This document shows positions 39,034-48,014 of a stretch of 64,000 nucleotides of DNA, in pieces (the stretch's first letter is position 1; each line of letters starts with the position of its first letter). Position numbers and translations under genes: made by a program. The DNA is taken from the IMG/VR virus record IMGVR_UViG_3300042691_049071, one strand, 5' to 3'. Below the pieces are notes generated by a model. The model did not search any database. It was not told the DNA's origin and saw only the letters and a list, made by a program, of their open reading frames with translations. Source of the DNA: an uncultured virus (IMG/VR IMGVR_UViG_3300042691_049071). Taxonomy: Duplodnaviria; Heunggongvirae; Uroviricota; Caudoviricetes.

Positions 39034-39912
39034 CTAGGTTAAAGGGAGACGGCTGTTTACAAGGCGATCCATATCGTCCCGAACTTTATTAGCAATTACC
39101 GAAGCCCTAGAAATTAATTCGATCTTTTCTCTCCTTAAGTCGGTAAGTTCATTGGCGTAGCCCCTTGCCACCTCTTTTAGATCCTCGCCTTGCGCTCGAA
39201 GATCCGTTACCTCGCCTTCAAGTCTCTGGACTTCTTTTTGGCTTAGCGATAGTTCGTCAAGGCGGAGGAGTTGACAGCTGCGCTCGCCTTCAAGTCTCTG
39301 GACTTCTTTTTGGCTTAGCTGCAAAGACTCAATATGGTTTTGCTCTCGGTCTTTAAGGTTTGTGTTTTCTTCCTTGAGATTTGCAATCTGCCTACGAAGA
39401 TCAGCGATCGCTATTAGAATCCGATCAATCTCCTCCTTAGTTATTGCGCTTGGAGGATCTTCAAATTCTTGATCCTGTAGGGCGATCGCGCCAATCTCCC
39501 GAATAGCTTCGCGGTACTGAAGCCTTTCTCTCTGGAGATCATAGGCACTTTTCTCGATCTTTGTGTACTCTGTGTCGGTCACGTATGGAGGGGACTCCAC
39601 TTCGACATACAGAAAGTTCGTGCCAACTCTTGCCAGCCTATATCCAATCTCAGACCTAGCTCGACGGATATAATTTATCTGCGACTCCAGCTTTGTATAG
39701 AACTCGTCGGTCTCAATGTCGGACGGAGAAAAACCTTCGTCTAGCAAGAGCCTGCCAAGGTAATCAATCTTTTTAGCAAACAGCTTTTTGGTTTCTACTG
39801 CTCGTTCGTAGTCTTCTAGCTGCTTAGCATAGGTCCGTGCAAGTTTCTGAATACTATCGTGCTGCGATCGCGGGACGAACCACTTGGAAAGGATGTTGTT
39901 AATTAGGCTCAA
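39034..39912 (-). CDS. Coiled-coil hypothetical protein with internal duplication
   Basis: Heptad pattern; 37-nt exact repeat at 39211-39247 and 39283-39319. Confidence 0.7.
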   Translation of the reverse strand: MSLINNILSKWFVPRSQHDSIQKLARTYAKQLEDYERAVETKKLFAKKIDYLGRLLLDEGFSPSDIETDEFYTKLESQINYIRRARSEIGYRLARVGTNFLYVEVESPPYVTDTEYTKIEKSAYDLQRERLQYREAIREIGAIALQDQEFEDPPSAITKEEIDRILIAIADLRRQIANLKEENTNLKDREQNHIESLQLSQKEVQRLEGERSCQLLRLDELSLSQKEVQRLEGEVTDLRAQGEDLKEVARGYANELTDLRREKIELISRASVIANKVRDDMDRLVNSRLPLT

Positions 39913-40604
39913 ATTAATTCCTCCAGCTCATCCGCGTCTGGGGGTGCGGGAGTGCTAACCACAGTGAGTCGATTGGCTTGCTGTTCAGCTAAAGCCCTCT
40001 GAAGTTCTTGCTCGTCAATCGTGAGAAGATCGGGACGTAGTTCGGTTAGTTTCTCGTCGGGAATAGCAATCAATTTTTCGGCAGTTTTGACTGCGGCGAG
40101 TTCTTCAGGAGTTACTTGCTGCCCAGTGAGATCTTCTAAGGTTGGTACTTCGGGAACTTTTTCGCTGAAGCCTTTTTTCTTGCGAGATTTCTTTTCTGGC
40201 TGAGGCTCCTCCACTACGGTTTCCGCATTTTGAGGTAGCACTGCATTGATAAACTCAATGAGTTCAGTTGCACCCAAATTTACTGGCAAGGTAGGGATTA
40301 GCTTTCTGAGATTATTCTCCAATGCTATGCGGGGATTCTTGGCGGGGTCTGGCTCGATTTCGGGGTCTAGGTTTAGAAAAAACAAGAAAGCCGAGCCGCG
40401 ATCGCTAGATTGCGTTTCGACCATTAAATCCTGAAAGGCTTTTAGGGGATCTCTGGTTGTTAGCGCCGACTCGTAGGCTTTATCGGACGACATTTTTAAA
40501 AGCGACCATATAATCTTGGTGGCAGGATCGATCGCGGCATCGCCAGAAACGAGGGGATACTCAATGCCGCGCACAGTAATGGTGTTAGTCAACGTATTCT
40601 CCAA
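39909..40604 (-). CDS. Hypothetical protein (possible tail assembly chaperone)
   Basis: Acidic 231-aa ORF in the operon; assignment by position only. Confidence 0.5.
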   Translation of the reverse strand: MENTLTNTITVRGIEYPLVSGDAAIDPATKIIWSLLKMSSDKAYESALTTRDPLKAFQDLMVETQSSDRGSAFLFFLNLDPEIEPDPAKNPRIALENNLRKLIPTLPVNLGATELIEFINAVLPQNAETVVEEPQPEKKSRKKKGFSEKVPEVPTLEDLTGQQVTPEELAAVKTAEKLIAIPDEKLTELRPDLLTIDEQELQRALAEQQANRLTVVSTPAPPDADELEELI

Positions 40605-41067
40605 ATCTATTTAAGTTTGTTTGATAGTAGAGAATCACGCCGAAAGGGATATCTACTATCCATTCGGGAGATTGCTCATACTGGGTTCTGAGTGGTTGCC
40701 GAGGTACGGGGGTTATATCCTGCCCATCCCACTCGACCCCATAAAAATTAGGGTCAGCGATTTTGACCTTGTTATATTTCGCGATCGCCTGCGGGATGAA
40801 TATCAACTCGACAGGAATGCTGTCTTTATATTTCTGCTCCGTGGCATAGCCCTTAATCGCTAGCACTTCCACCCTCTGAGTAAAGTATGCTCGGTTGGGG
40901 CTGTTGGGGCGATCGCGATCGCGCCCAAAACTGCCAATCGAAGCTAAGCCCACTGTCTCATCGGCGATTACGTTGTAGTAGTCGCCATCGGAGTTCAGAT
41001 GCAGCTCAGATTTTATATGGGCGATAAAGTGATTTATCGACTGAGTGACGGATGTTGGCGTAAGCAT
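40585..41067 (-). CDS. Putative tail completion/terminator protein
   Basis: 160 aa, N-terminal helix followed by beta strands; context. Confidence 0.4.
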   Translation of the reverse strand: MLTPTSVTQSINHFIAHIKSELHLNSDGDYYNVIADETVGLASIGSFGRDRDRPNSPNRAYFTQRVEVLAIKGYATEQKYKDSIPVELIFIPQAIAKYNKVKIADPNFYGVEWDGQDITPVPRQPLRTQYEQSPEWIVDIPFGVILYYQTNLNRFGEYVD

Positions 41068-41194
41068 CGTGGCGATCGCTAAACATTTGCCTTGATATTA
41101 CCATGAAACTACGTTATGGTTGTTATGCGATCGCCTAGTTTTCTGCAATTTTACTAGGCGATCGTATTAAAGAAGAAATCACTAAGACTTAATT

Positions 41195-41926
41195 ATGAGA
41201 CTAAATCAAATCATTGCCGTATTAAAAACGGTTAAAAGCAATTCGGATAAAGCTATCACTGAGCTTTATCACAGAATCCAGAAGGATAAGCTTTTCTCTG
41301 GACTTTCAAAGACCTATCAACCCAAAGATGATGACGGACAGGTTTACCCTCCTGAGCTAAATAATGTCGTCTACAAGGCTCCTGAACTCCTTGAGAACTT
41401 CGTCTCCTCGGTTGCTGAGTGGTACGACCTTGCCTACTCGCAAGACATGGCTAACACGACGGCAAAAGCCGACGTGGTTGTTGACGGCGTTGTTATTCTT
41501 GAGAACGTGCCTATAACACACCTTCTATTCTTGGAAGATCGTCTTGCTGAGGTCAAAGCCTTCGTCTCCAAACTTCCTGCGCTACCAGTAGACAAAGACT
41601 GGAGCTATAGCGCTGCTAAGGGCTTTTATGTTACGCCTCCGAAAGAGAGTCTAAAATTCAAGAAGATCACAAACTTCGTCGTCGCCTATGAAGCTACTCC
41701 TGAGCACCCCGCCCAGATCCGAGAAGTTAGCAAGGATGAGGCAGAAGGTACTTGGACTACTGTTGAGTATCATTCTGGATTGCCAAGCGATCGCGTAAAA
41801 GTTCTCGCCAAGAGAGTTGATAAGTTGATCGCTGCCGTACTTCAAGCTCGTCAAGAGGCTAACTCTCAAGTCGTGACAGAAGCAAAATCAGCCGAAAAGA
41901 TTTTTGGTTATTTATTTGCAGACTAG
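41195..41926 (+). CDS. Conserved hypothetical protein (243 aa) linked to the downstream ncRNA
   Basis: MRLNQIIAV..SKTYQPKDDDG..P..AKADVVVDG..VPITHLLFLE..EATPEHPAQ..GTWTT..AREAN-like..IFGYLF. Recognised from memory as a widespread uncharacterised bacterial/phage family. Confidence 0.85.
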   Translation: MRLNQIIAVLKTVKSNSDKAITELYHRIQKDKLFSGLSKTYQPKDDDGQVYPPELNNVVYKAPELLENFVSSVAEWYDLAYSQDMANTTAKADVVVDGVVILENVPITHLLFLEDRLAEVKAFVSKLPALPVDKDWSYSAAKGFYVTPPKESLKFKKITNFVVAYEATPEHPAQIREVSKDEAEGTWTTVEYHSGLPSDRVKVLAKRVDKLIAAVLQARQEANSQVVTEAKSAEKIFGYLFAD

Positions 41927-41934
41927 TGTATATT

Positions 41935-42315
41935 GGGGTGAGAGTACAAGCTTAGATTCAGTACTGTAAGAGATTGTTTGTAGGTTCGAGTCCTCCCCCG
42001 CGTACTTGCGCGGGTAGGCAAATGGTAAAGCCGATCTTTTACGCCAAGTATTTTAAGTTGAAAATTAAATTCAGACTATTGCTCTAGATTTAAACTCAAG
42101 ACCCACCCCTTTGTATCGACTGCTAATGACCTCCACCTGAAGACGTGGGTTCAAATCCCACAGGGGCCTTATCATGGCTCTTTCGTAAAGCGGTAATACG
42201 TCAGGTATTAAGATAAGACATTAGCGACTGGAAATAAACAAGGCAACGGCGGTGCGGATAGGTAAATACCTAAAATAATATTGAAGCCTCAGATTGGGTA
42301 TATCTGGGGTTTCGC
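41935..42315 (+). ncRNA. Structured ncRNA with two circularly permuted tRNA-like (YrlA-like) domains
   Basis: Each of two units has T-arm, 7-bp loop-closed acceptor stem and D-arm, enclosed by closing helices (41966-42042 and 42122-42225). Terminal hairpin at 42283-42313. Confidence 0.8.
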
Positions 42316-42338
42316 CTTTTAAAGATATTCCTATAGTC

Positions 42339-42533
42339 ATGATTGAAGATATTGAGTCGCCAAGACTAACCAACAGAGAACAATCTCGTAGACCTCACGG
42401 AGGCAAGACCGAGATTTATTGCTATGGATGCGATAGAAATCAAGTTCGAGTAGGTGAAAGGTGTTCCGTCTGCGGAATAAAATTTTATGGGACACAAGCA
42501 AGGGTTCGAGACAAGAAAGTTTACGAAAGCTAA
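42339..42533 (+). CDS. Small zinc-finger protein
   Basis: CYGCD..CSVCG; ATG at 42339. Confidence 0.55.
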   Translation: MIEDIESPRLTNREQSRRPHGGKTEIYCYGCDRNQVRVGERCSVCGIKFYGTQARVRDKKVYES

Positions 42534-43264
42534 AATCCTTCAGGAAAATCAACACCCCGATCGCGTAAAATTCCCGCAATATCATCTTTAATCCCTTCCC
42601 AATATTCCCGATCAATCTTGCCGACTGCGACAGTCCTAGAAGTGGTCGGGAATTTTTGATCTTTCTCGGCATCTTTGGGATCTCGCTGGAGGTTGGCGGC
42701 TTCTTCGAGGATGTCCATGACCATGCCCATGCCAAAACTTTTAAGTACCGTATCCCCAGAGCCTTTAAAGTTTAGATGCACTGCGGCAATAATGCGAGCG
42801 TCCAAATTGCCTGTCGAGAGTGGGGCGGAAGGTTTGTCTTTGGATTGTTTGGGTTGACGACTTTGCTTAGCGGGATATGTCAAGCCCATCAGTAATTGCA
42901 ACTGAGATAGACCAGGCATTTCCTGCTCATAGCCAACGGGTTTAACTGGCTCAGTGCAGAAGAAAAAGTTATGGCGGGACTTGGTGGTGAGATTGTCGAT
43001 GTTTAGGAGACAGTCTGGTTGTGTTCGACGGAATATCAGCGCGATCGCCTCTAAATGTTTGCGCGATCGATAGACCAAGAACTGATGTACCGTAATTTCA
43101 TCCTTCAATACCGCATCGGGCGGATATACTGGCACACCCTTAATCAATTCCAGCATATCGTCAATAACGGGGATTAACTCGAAGCGCGTATGGAAGGACG
43201 GCTCGCGGAGGAATTCCCACGATTCATCTTCATATTCAATTTTCTGGGGATAAATTAAGGGCAC
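42530..43264 (-). CDS. Hypothetical protein (possible tail chaperone)
   Basis: 244-aa ORF coupled to the upstream gene. Confidence 0.55.
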   Translation of the reverse strand: MPLIYPQKIEYEDESWEFLREPSFHTRFELIPVIDDMLELIKGVPVYPPDAVLKDEITVHQFLVYRSRKHLEAIALIFRRTQPDCLLNIDNLTTKSRHNFFFCTEPVKPVGYEQEMPGLSQLQLLMGLTYPAKQSRQPKQSKDKPSAPLSTGNLDARIIAAVHLNFKGSGDTVLKSFGMGMVMDILEEAANLQRDPKDAEKDQKFPTTSRTVAVGKIDREYWEGIKDDIAGILRDRGVDFPEGF

Positions 43265-43991
43265 TTACGGCTAAGTTGTTGTTATCGAAGGCTAATCTCA
43301 AGGTAATGCTCTGCGCGTCGGCATCAAAAGCCTCGATCACGGGCAAAACATCCCTGATCACTACATGGTACGGCACTTCGTCTTTTATAGCTACAAGGTT
43401 CAGTTCAATGGCGGGTAAGGGCTGATTAGTGCTAACAACAACATCGTCCACCAAAACAACTGCCATTTGAGAGACGATCCGTTTGCCATAAAAGCTCCTA
43501 TTAACTTGAAAAGTACCATCGGGAGCGATCGCCACATCATTCCCGTCGGTATACTTGTCGGCAATTCGCAGTGAAATATTGTCGCAAAGGACTTTGGGTT
43601 GATCGGTTGTGTCAATCTTATAATTAGCTGTCAATCTTTGGGTTGGTTCTAATCTGCCCGTACCATCTTGATTGACGTTGGCTTGAAACAAATAACGCTG
43701 GCGATAGTTTTTGTGGACTTTGTAATCCGAGCCAGAAGCGATCGCCACAATCTCCGCACTATTCGCTGTCTCAAATGACAATGCGACCACAGGCATTTTT
43801 ACTGGCGTACTTTCCTGCGATCGCATCTTACCGAAAAACATTTTGTCCGAGCAGGTATCTCGAAAGACCTCCTGCTCGGAGACGGCGATCGCGCCCAAGG
43901 ACGGATACGCCAAAACTACTCGGCTTGGCTCCAATACAAGCCAAGCACGGTAGAACACCATATCGTCGAGATTAGACTCCACGAGCAGCAC
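43236..43991 (-). CDS. Putative tail/structural protein
   Basis: Beta-rich 251-aa ORF; context. Confidence 0.5.
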   Translation of the reverse strand: MLLVESNLDDMVFYRAWLVLEPSRVVLAYPSLGAIAVSEQEVFRDTCSDKMFFGKMRSQESTPVKMPVVALSFETANSAEIVAIASGSDYKVHKNYRQRYLFQANVNQDGTGRLEPTQRLTANYKIDTTDQPKVLCDNISLRIADKYTDGNDVAIAPDGTFQVNRSFYGKRIVSQMAVVLVDDVVVSTNQPLPAIELNLVAIKDEVPYHVVIRDVLPVIEAFDADAQSITLRLAFDNNNLAVSALNLSPEN

Positions 43992-44685
43992 GTAAAGCCT
44001 TGATAGAGTTAGCGTGTTTAGCAGGTGCTAGGTTGACAACGCCGCTAGCGCTTGCGGCTGTGGGCTGAGCGCCGTCAAAGGACTGGAAATCCACGCTGAC
44101 TTGGAAGTAAGCATCGGTATCACCAGAAACACTAGCGTTGATATTGGTGGTAAAGATCTTGCCGTAGTTGGGTACACCGCTCGCAGCCGTCGGAACGGTC
44201 GTACTGGAAATGGTTAGGGATGTACCAGTTTCGGTAAGGGCGATCGTGTGCGCTTGACCAGGAATTACTGAAGTAACATTGATTGTGTAGGGACTGGCAA
44301 CGGAGGCGGTGCTGGCATATAAGTAGGGATTGATATTAATCAGCGCTAACACAATTTCAATAATATCTGCAATACTGTCTCCAGTCTGAACGGTGTATTG
44401 CACTACACGAGTTTTTGGGGAGCCAGAACCGTCGGTTGCTGTGATAACAATAGTGTCGCCTGCGGTAGGAGATGTTGCGGCAATTGTAAACGCAGAAACT
44501 TGGGCGATCGCGCTAGGGTTGAAAGATAGGTAGTGGTCAATCGTATTGCGCTTGTTGGAACCCGCAAAATTAACACTAGTCTGAGCGGTCAACGGCAGCG
44601 TTGTATTGGTCAAAGTAGTCGCGGTTTGACCGTAAGTAATCGAAGATACTGCTTGTGCCGCAGCGTCGGGGCTATAAGATGGCAT
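43972..44685 (-). CDS. Thr/Ala/Ser-rich structural protein
   Basis: FTIAATSPTAGDTIVIT..YTVQTGDSIADI resembles the insertion domain of 19743-20615. Confidence 0.6.
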   Translation of the reverse strand: MPSYSPDAAAQAVSSITYGQTATTLTNTTLPLTAQTSVNFAGSNKRNTIDHYLSFNPSAIAQVSAFTIAATSPTAGDTIVITATDGSGSPKTRVVQYTVQTGDSIADIIEIVLALININPYLYASTASVASPYTINVTSVIPGQAHTIALTETGTSLTISSTTVPTAASGVPNYGKIFTTNINASVSGDTDAYFQVSVDFQSFDGAQPTAASASGVVNLAPAKHANSIKALRAARGV

Positions 44686-44823
44686 TGAAAGTAATCCTCA
44701 TGAGGGAATCTCTTGAAGGATTTCAGTTAAACAAGAAGCCTGTTTTTTATTAGAGGAATTAGCGAATACTAACTCCTGTTTTCCCTCGTTCTTGAGGTAC
44801 AATTACTCTACTTGTTGAAACAC

Positions 44824-46008
44824 TCACCGTGCTGAAGCAACGGTGAGTCTTAACGCATCACTGAGACTTGCTACCGAAGCAGTCTTATTGTCTCTCCGCG
44901 TTCGTTTAGAGTCGTGGCAGTTCCCTATCCCGACTTTGTCTATATTTTTAGCAGCATTCTCATCGCGGTCATGGGTAGTACCACAATTTAGGCAAGTAAC
45001 AGTCCTGATACTGAGATCTAACTTGCCCCATTGGTAGCCACAATGCGAACAGACTTGACTGGTAGGTTCCCATCGACTAACCGTTGAGAAAGTTCTGCCA
45101 TACTTTTTGGATTTAGCCTCGCAAAGAGTTCTAAATTCTCTCCATCCTTGCTGACTAATTGCCCGTGCAAGTTTGCGATTTTTGACCATGCCAGAAACAT
45201 TGAGATCTTCTAAAGTGATTGCTTGGTTTTTGCGTACCACTTCAGTAGAGACTTTATGCAAAAAATCGCTTCTAGTATCAGCAATTTTGTTGTGTTTTTT
45301 TGCAATTCTCAAACGAGTTTTATTCCGTCTGTTAGAGCCTTTAGACTGCCTTGCTAATTTGCGCTGTAGCTTTCTAACCTTTTTATCCAGTTTGGAGTAA
45401 TCAGGGCTTTGAAACTTTTCACCCGTACTGAGTACAGCAAAAGTTTTGATTCCAAGATCGATCCCTACTGATGGATTAATTGGCTCTATATGTTCTGGTT
45501 CTATGTCAACTACAAAGCTAAGAAAATATCGGTTAGCGCAGTCTTTAATCACTGTTACAGAGCTAGGTTCCGATGGTAGTTTTCTAGACCATACTGGTTT
45601 GATATCTCCTATCTTGGCTAAATAGACGCTATCACCCGAAAGAGAAAATGCTGCTTTGGTAAACTCAGCAGATTGATTATTGGTTTTCTTTTTAAATTTT
45701 GGAGATCCAACTTTTTTACCTTTGCGCTTTCCTTTTAGAGAATTAAAAAAGTTCCGATAGGCAACATCTAAATATCTTAGGGACTGCTGCAAAGGTACAG
45801 ACGATACATCTTTAAGCCATTGCCTTTCTTCAGTCTTTTTGGACTGAGTAAGCATAGCCGAAAGCTTGTTAAAGCCAATTGCCTTACCAGAAGCCTTGCA
45901 CAGCGCTAGAGCGTCATTCCAGACCACACGGACACAACCAAACAATTGAGCTAAGCTCTTTTGCTGTTGGTCAGTTGGGTAAAACCTGTATTGATATCTA
46001 GCTTTCAT
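44824..46008 (-). CDS. tnpB: TnpB RNA-guided endonuclease
   Basis: YRFYPT..FGCVR, GIDLG, TLEDL, CSHCG/CLNCG, DRDENAA; the RuvC D-E-D triad appears intact. Confidence 0.95.
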   Translation of the reverse strand: MKARYQYRFYPTDQQQKSLAQLFGCVRVVWNDALALCKASGKAIGFNKLSAMLTQSKKTEERQWLKDVSSVPLQQSLRYLDVAYRNFFNSLKGKRKGKKVGSPKFKKKTNNQSAEFTKAAFSLSGDSVYLAKIGDIKPVWSRKLPSEPSSVTVIKDCANRYFLSFVVDIEPEHIEPINPSVGIDLGIKTFAVLSTGEKFQSPDYSKLDKKVRKLQRKLARQSKGSNRRNKTRLRIAKKHNKIADTRSDFLHKVSTEVVRKNQAITLEDLNVSGMVKNRKLARAISQQGWREFRTLCEAKSKKYGRTFSTVSRWEPTSQVCSHCGYQWGKLDLSIRTVTCLNCGTTHDRDENAAKNIDKVGIGNCHDSKRTRRDNKTASVASLSDALRLTVASAR

Positions 46009-46059
46009 TGCTTATGCTAAAATTGGTCTGTAGGTTTATTATATATTGGTCTGCTTAAA

Positions 46060-46461
46060 ATGACAACCAGTTTACGCAAAGAAAGACATAGTGTTTCTGA
46101 CCTTAAAATACATTTGGTCTGCGTTACAAAATATAGACGAAAAATCTTTACTTCCGAAAGTCTCGCTGTAATTGAAAAATCGTTTGGAGAAGTGGCAACA
46201 AAGATGGATTTTCAGGTACAAGAGTTTAATGGTGAGTCAGATCATATTCACGCTTTGATTGAGTACCCTCCTAAGCTGTCTGTGTCTCAAATAGTCAATG
46301 CTTTAAAAGGTGTCTCAAGCCGAAGATATGGTCAAGCTGGCTATACTAAGCCTTATGGGAAAGATGCGCTATGGAGTCCCAGCTATTTTGTGTCTTCTAT
46401 CGGCGGCGCACCCTTGGAAATACTCAAGCAGTACATTCAAAACCAAGAAAAGCCGTGCTAG
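46060..46461 (+). CDS. tnpA: TnpA Y1 HUH transposase
   Basis: HLVCVTKYRR, DHIH, KGVSSR, LWSPSYF, QYIQNQ. Confidence 0.95.
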   Translation: MTTSLRKERHSVSDLKIHLVCVTKYRRKIFTSESLAVIEKSFGEVATKMDFQVQEFNGESDHIHALIEYPPKLSVSQIVNALKGVSSRRYGQAGYTKPYGKDALWSPSYFVSSIGGAPLEILKQYIQNQEKPC

Positions 46462-46672
46462 AAGCACGGGGTTTTAAACCCATTTTTCTGATAATGAACT
46501 GCTGCATGTAATTACCAAATTCGGCTTGACTCATTACCATCACATCCTTACGATAGCGAGCAAACCAGCGCGAAAATGCCTTTGCTCGAATCCTTGTTTT
46601 GGGATCGTCTTTTGACTTCTTTGCGCTACTTTTGCCTTGTTTTTGTTCTACCACCATAGTTAATACAGGCAT
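46424..46672 (-). pseudogene. Small HTH-like gene whose 3' end is interrupted by the IS
   Basis: RYRKDVMVMSQAEFGNYM, then reads into the IS left end. Confidence 0.4.
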
Positions 46673-46795
46673 AATTTTCCTCTTGTCGTTGCCATAAAAG
46701 TGACACATTTTTACGTTGTATATGGTATCTTTATAAGATGCCCATATATGGAGTCAAATCCATAGTATAAGGATACACCAAAAACGAAAATCTGT

Positions 46796-47251
46796 ATGGC
46801 AAATTCCGATTCTGCCACAAGGCTAGCGATCGCACGATTGACAGGAGCGGATCTACCTGCTTTTGTCCCCGCAGCGATCGCCGATGAGGTCGCAGTCCTA
46901 GTCAGGGAGTGCATTTTACAGCCAACCACGACCAGTACAATAAAAGTTACAACAAAGGTTCGGGAAGAGATATCCGACCATTTAAAGCGGCATAAAACCC
47001 CAAAATATACGATCGCCCAGTATCTTACGATGGTTTTATGTACGGTTTCTACCACGTCAGATTTAATCGATCAGCACGATCGCGGACTAATTTCAGATAA
47101 AGAATTTATCAAACAGATCAAAAATGACAAAAACCGCAGTAGGGCTAAAGTCCCCAGCAAAATGGGTCGGAAGAAAGCAGGCGCTAATGCCAGCGATCGC
47201 GAGATATTTCCCCGCGAAGTTCACAAAGGAACCCGTACCAAGGTTTCTTGA
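46796..47251 (+). CDS. Hypothetical protein (possible DNA-binding)
   Basis: 151-aa ORF overlapping the start of dam. Confidence 0.45.
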   Translation: MANSDSATRLAIARLTGADLPAFVPAAIADEVAVLVRECILQPTTTSTIKVTTKVREEISDHLKRHKTPKYTIAQYLTMVLCTVSTTSDLIDQHDRGLISDKEFIKQIKNDKNRSRAKVPSKMGRKKAGANASDREIFPREVHKGTRTKVS

Positions 47252-48014
47252 TTTTAAGAAGGATGTTGGCGATTTCCACGATCCCTTTGTGGGTACTGGT
47301 AGTGCATTTTTATATTTTGCAGATGGGTTTCGAGGCGATCGCAAGATCTTTGTCAGTGACAGTAATCCTGAACTCATTAATATTTGGCTATGTATTCAAG
47401 CTGATCCTCTAAGGCTTTTAAGATCCTTGCTTGAATACAAACGCCCTGTATTTAACAGCGCCGAATCGTACTATGACGAAAGGCAGATCTTCAATCAGCA
47501 GTTTAAAGGTTTTTACGACTACGAGCTGGCAGCAAGAATGATTTACTTAATTCAGGCTGGTTTCAATAGCCTATGGAGGGTTAACAGCGACGGTGAAATG
47601 AACACGCCTTTTGGCTCTCAGAAGCGAATTGACCTTCCTACTGAGAATGATTTGACCGCGCTTTCGGTTCTCCTTCAAAAAGCGACAATCAAGCATCAGC
47701 CTTTTGAAGAGTCGCTAAAAGATGCACAGCCGAATGATGTCGTCTATCTCGACCCGCCATATATTGAAGTCAAAAAGAATTCCTTTAACAAATACACCAC
47801 CAAAGGCTTTAGCAAGGAACAACAGGTTCTCCTCCGCCAAGAAGCTGATCGCCTGCATGATTTAGGCGCTTACGTCTACGTCAGTAATAGCGATACTCCC
47901 TTGAGTCGTGAAATTTGGTCTGGTTGGAAGATCGCGGAACTAACGCGATCGGGCTGCATGAACTCGGACGCAACCAAGCGTCAACGGGTTGGAGAGTTGT
48001 TGTTTTACAAATAA
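47124..48014 (+). CDS. dam: Dam-family DNA adenine methyltransferase
   Basis: KWVGRK, DPFVGTGS, SDSN, FNSLWRVN..NTPFG, YLDPPY, VSNS. Confidence 0.9.
   Translation: MTKTAVGLKSPAKWVGRKQALMPAIARYFPAKFTKEPVPRFLDFKKDVGDFHDPFVGTGSAFLYFADGFRGDRKIFVSDSNPELINIWLCIQADPLRLLRSLLEYKRPVFNSAESYYDERQIFNQQFKGFYDYELAARMIYLIQAGFNSLWRVNSDGEMNTPFGSQKRIDLPTENDLTALSVLLQKATIKHQPFEESLKDAQPNDVVYLDPPYIEVKKNSFNKYTTKGFSKEQQVLLRQEADRLHDLGAYVYVSNSDTPLSREIWSGWKIAELTRSGCMNSDATKRQRVGELLFYK

Larger units (their letters stand above)
44815..46490 (-). mobile_element. Complete IS200/IS605-family element with divergent tnpA and tnpB
   Basis: Left-end hairpin CCGTGCT-aga-AGCACGG (46453-46469), preceded by TTAT on the minus strand. 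Right end finishes in TCAA (44815-44818). No HIP1 seen inside. Confidence 0.9.

Noticed and set aside
39211..39319. 37-nt direct repeats with a 35-nt spacer, CRISPR-like dimensions
   Set aside because: Only two copies, in frame (72-nt period) within a coiled-coil CDS, non-palindromic, and no cas genes. It is an intragenic duplication.
38920..41067. Terminase genes expected upstream of the portal
   Set aside because: No Walker A or terminase nuclease motifs in these ORFs; the terminase is presumably outside the window.
41980..42200. Two canonical tRNA genes (TTCGA/TTCAA T-loops)
   Set aside because: The T-arm precedes the D-arm, the acceptor stem is closed by a loop, and there is no anticodon loop or CCA end. 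Treated as tRNA-like ncRNA instead.
44824..46008. Cas12f/type V effector
   Set aside because: Adjacent tnpA and IS ends and no CRISPR array; it is an ordinary TnpB.
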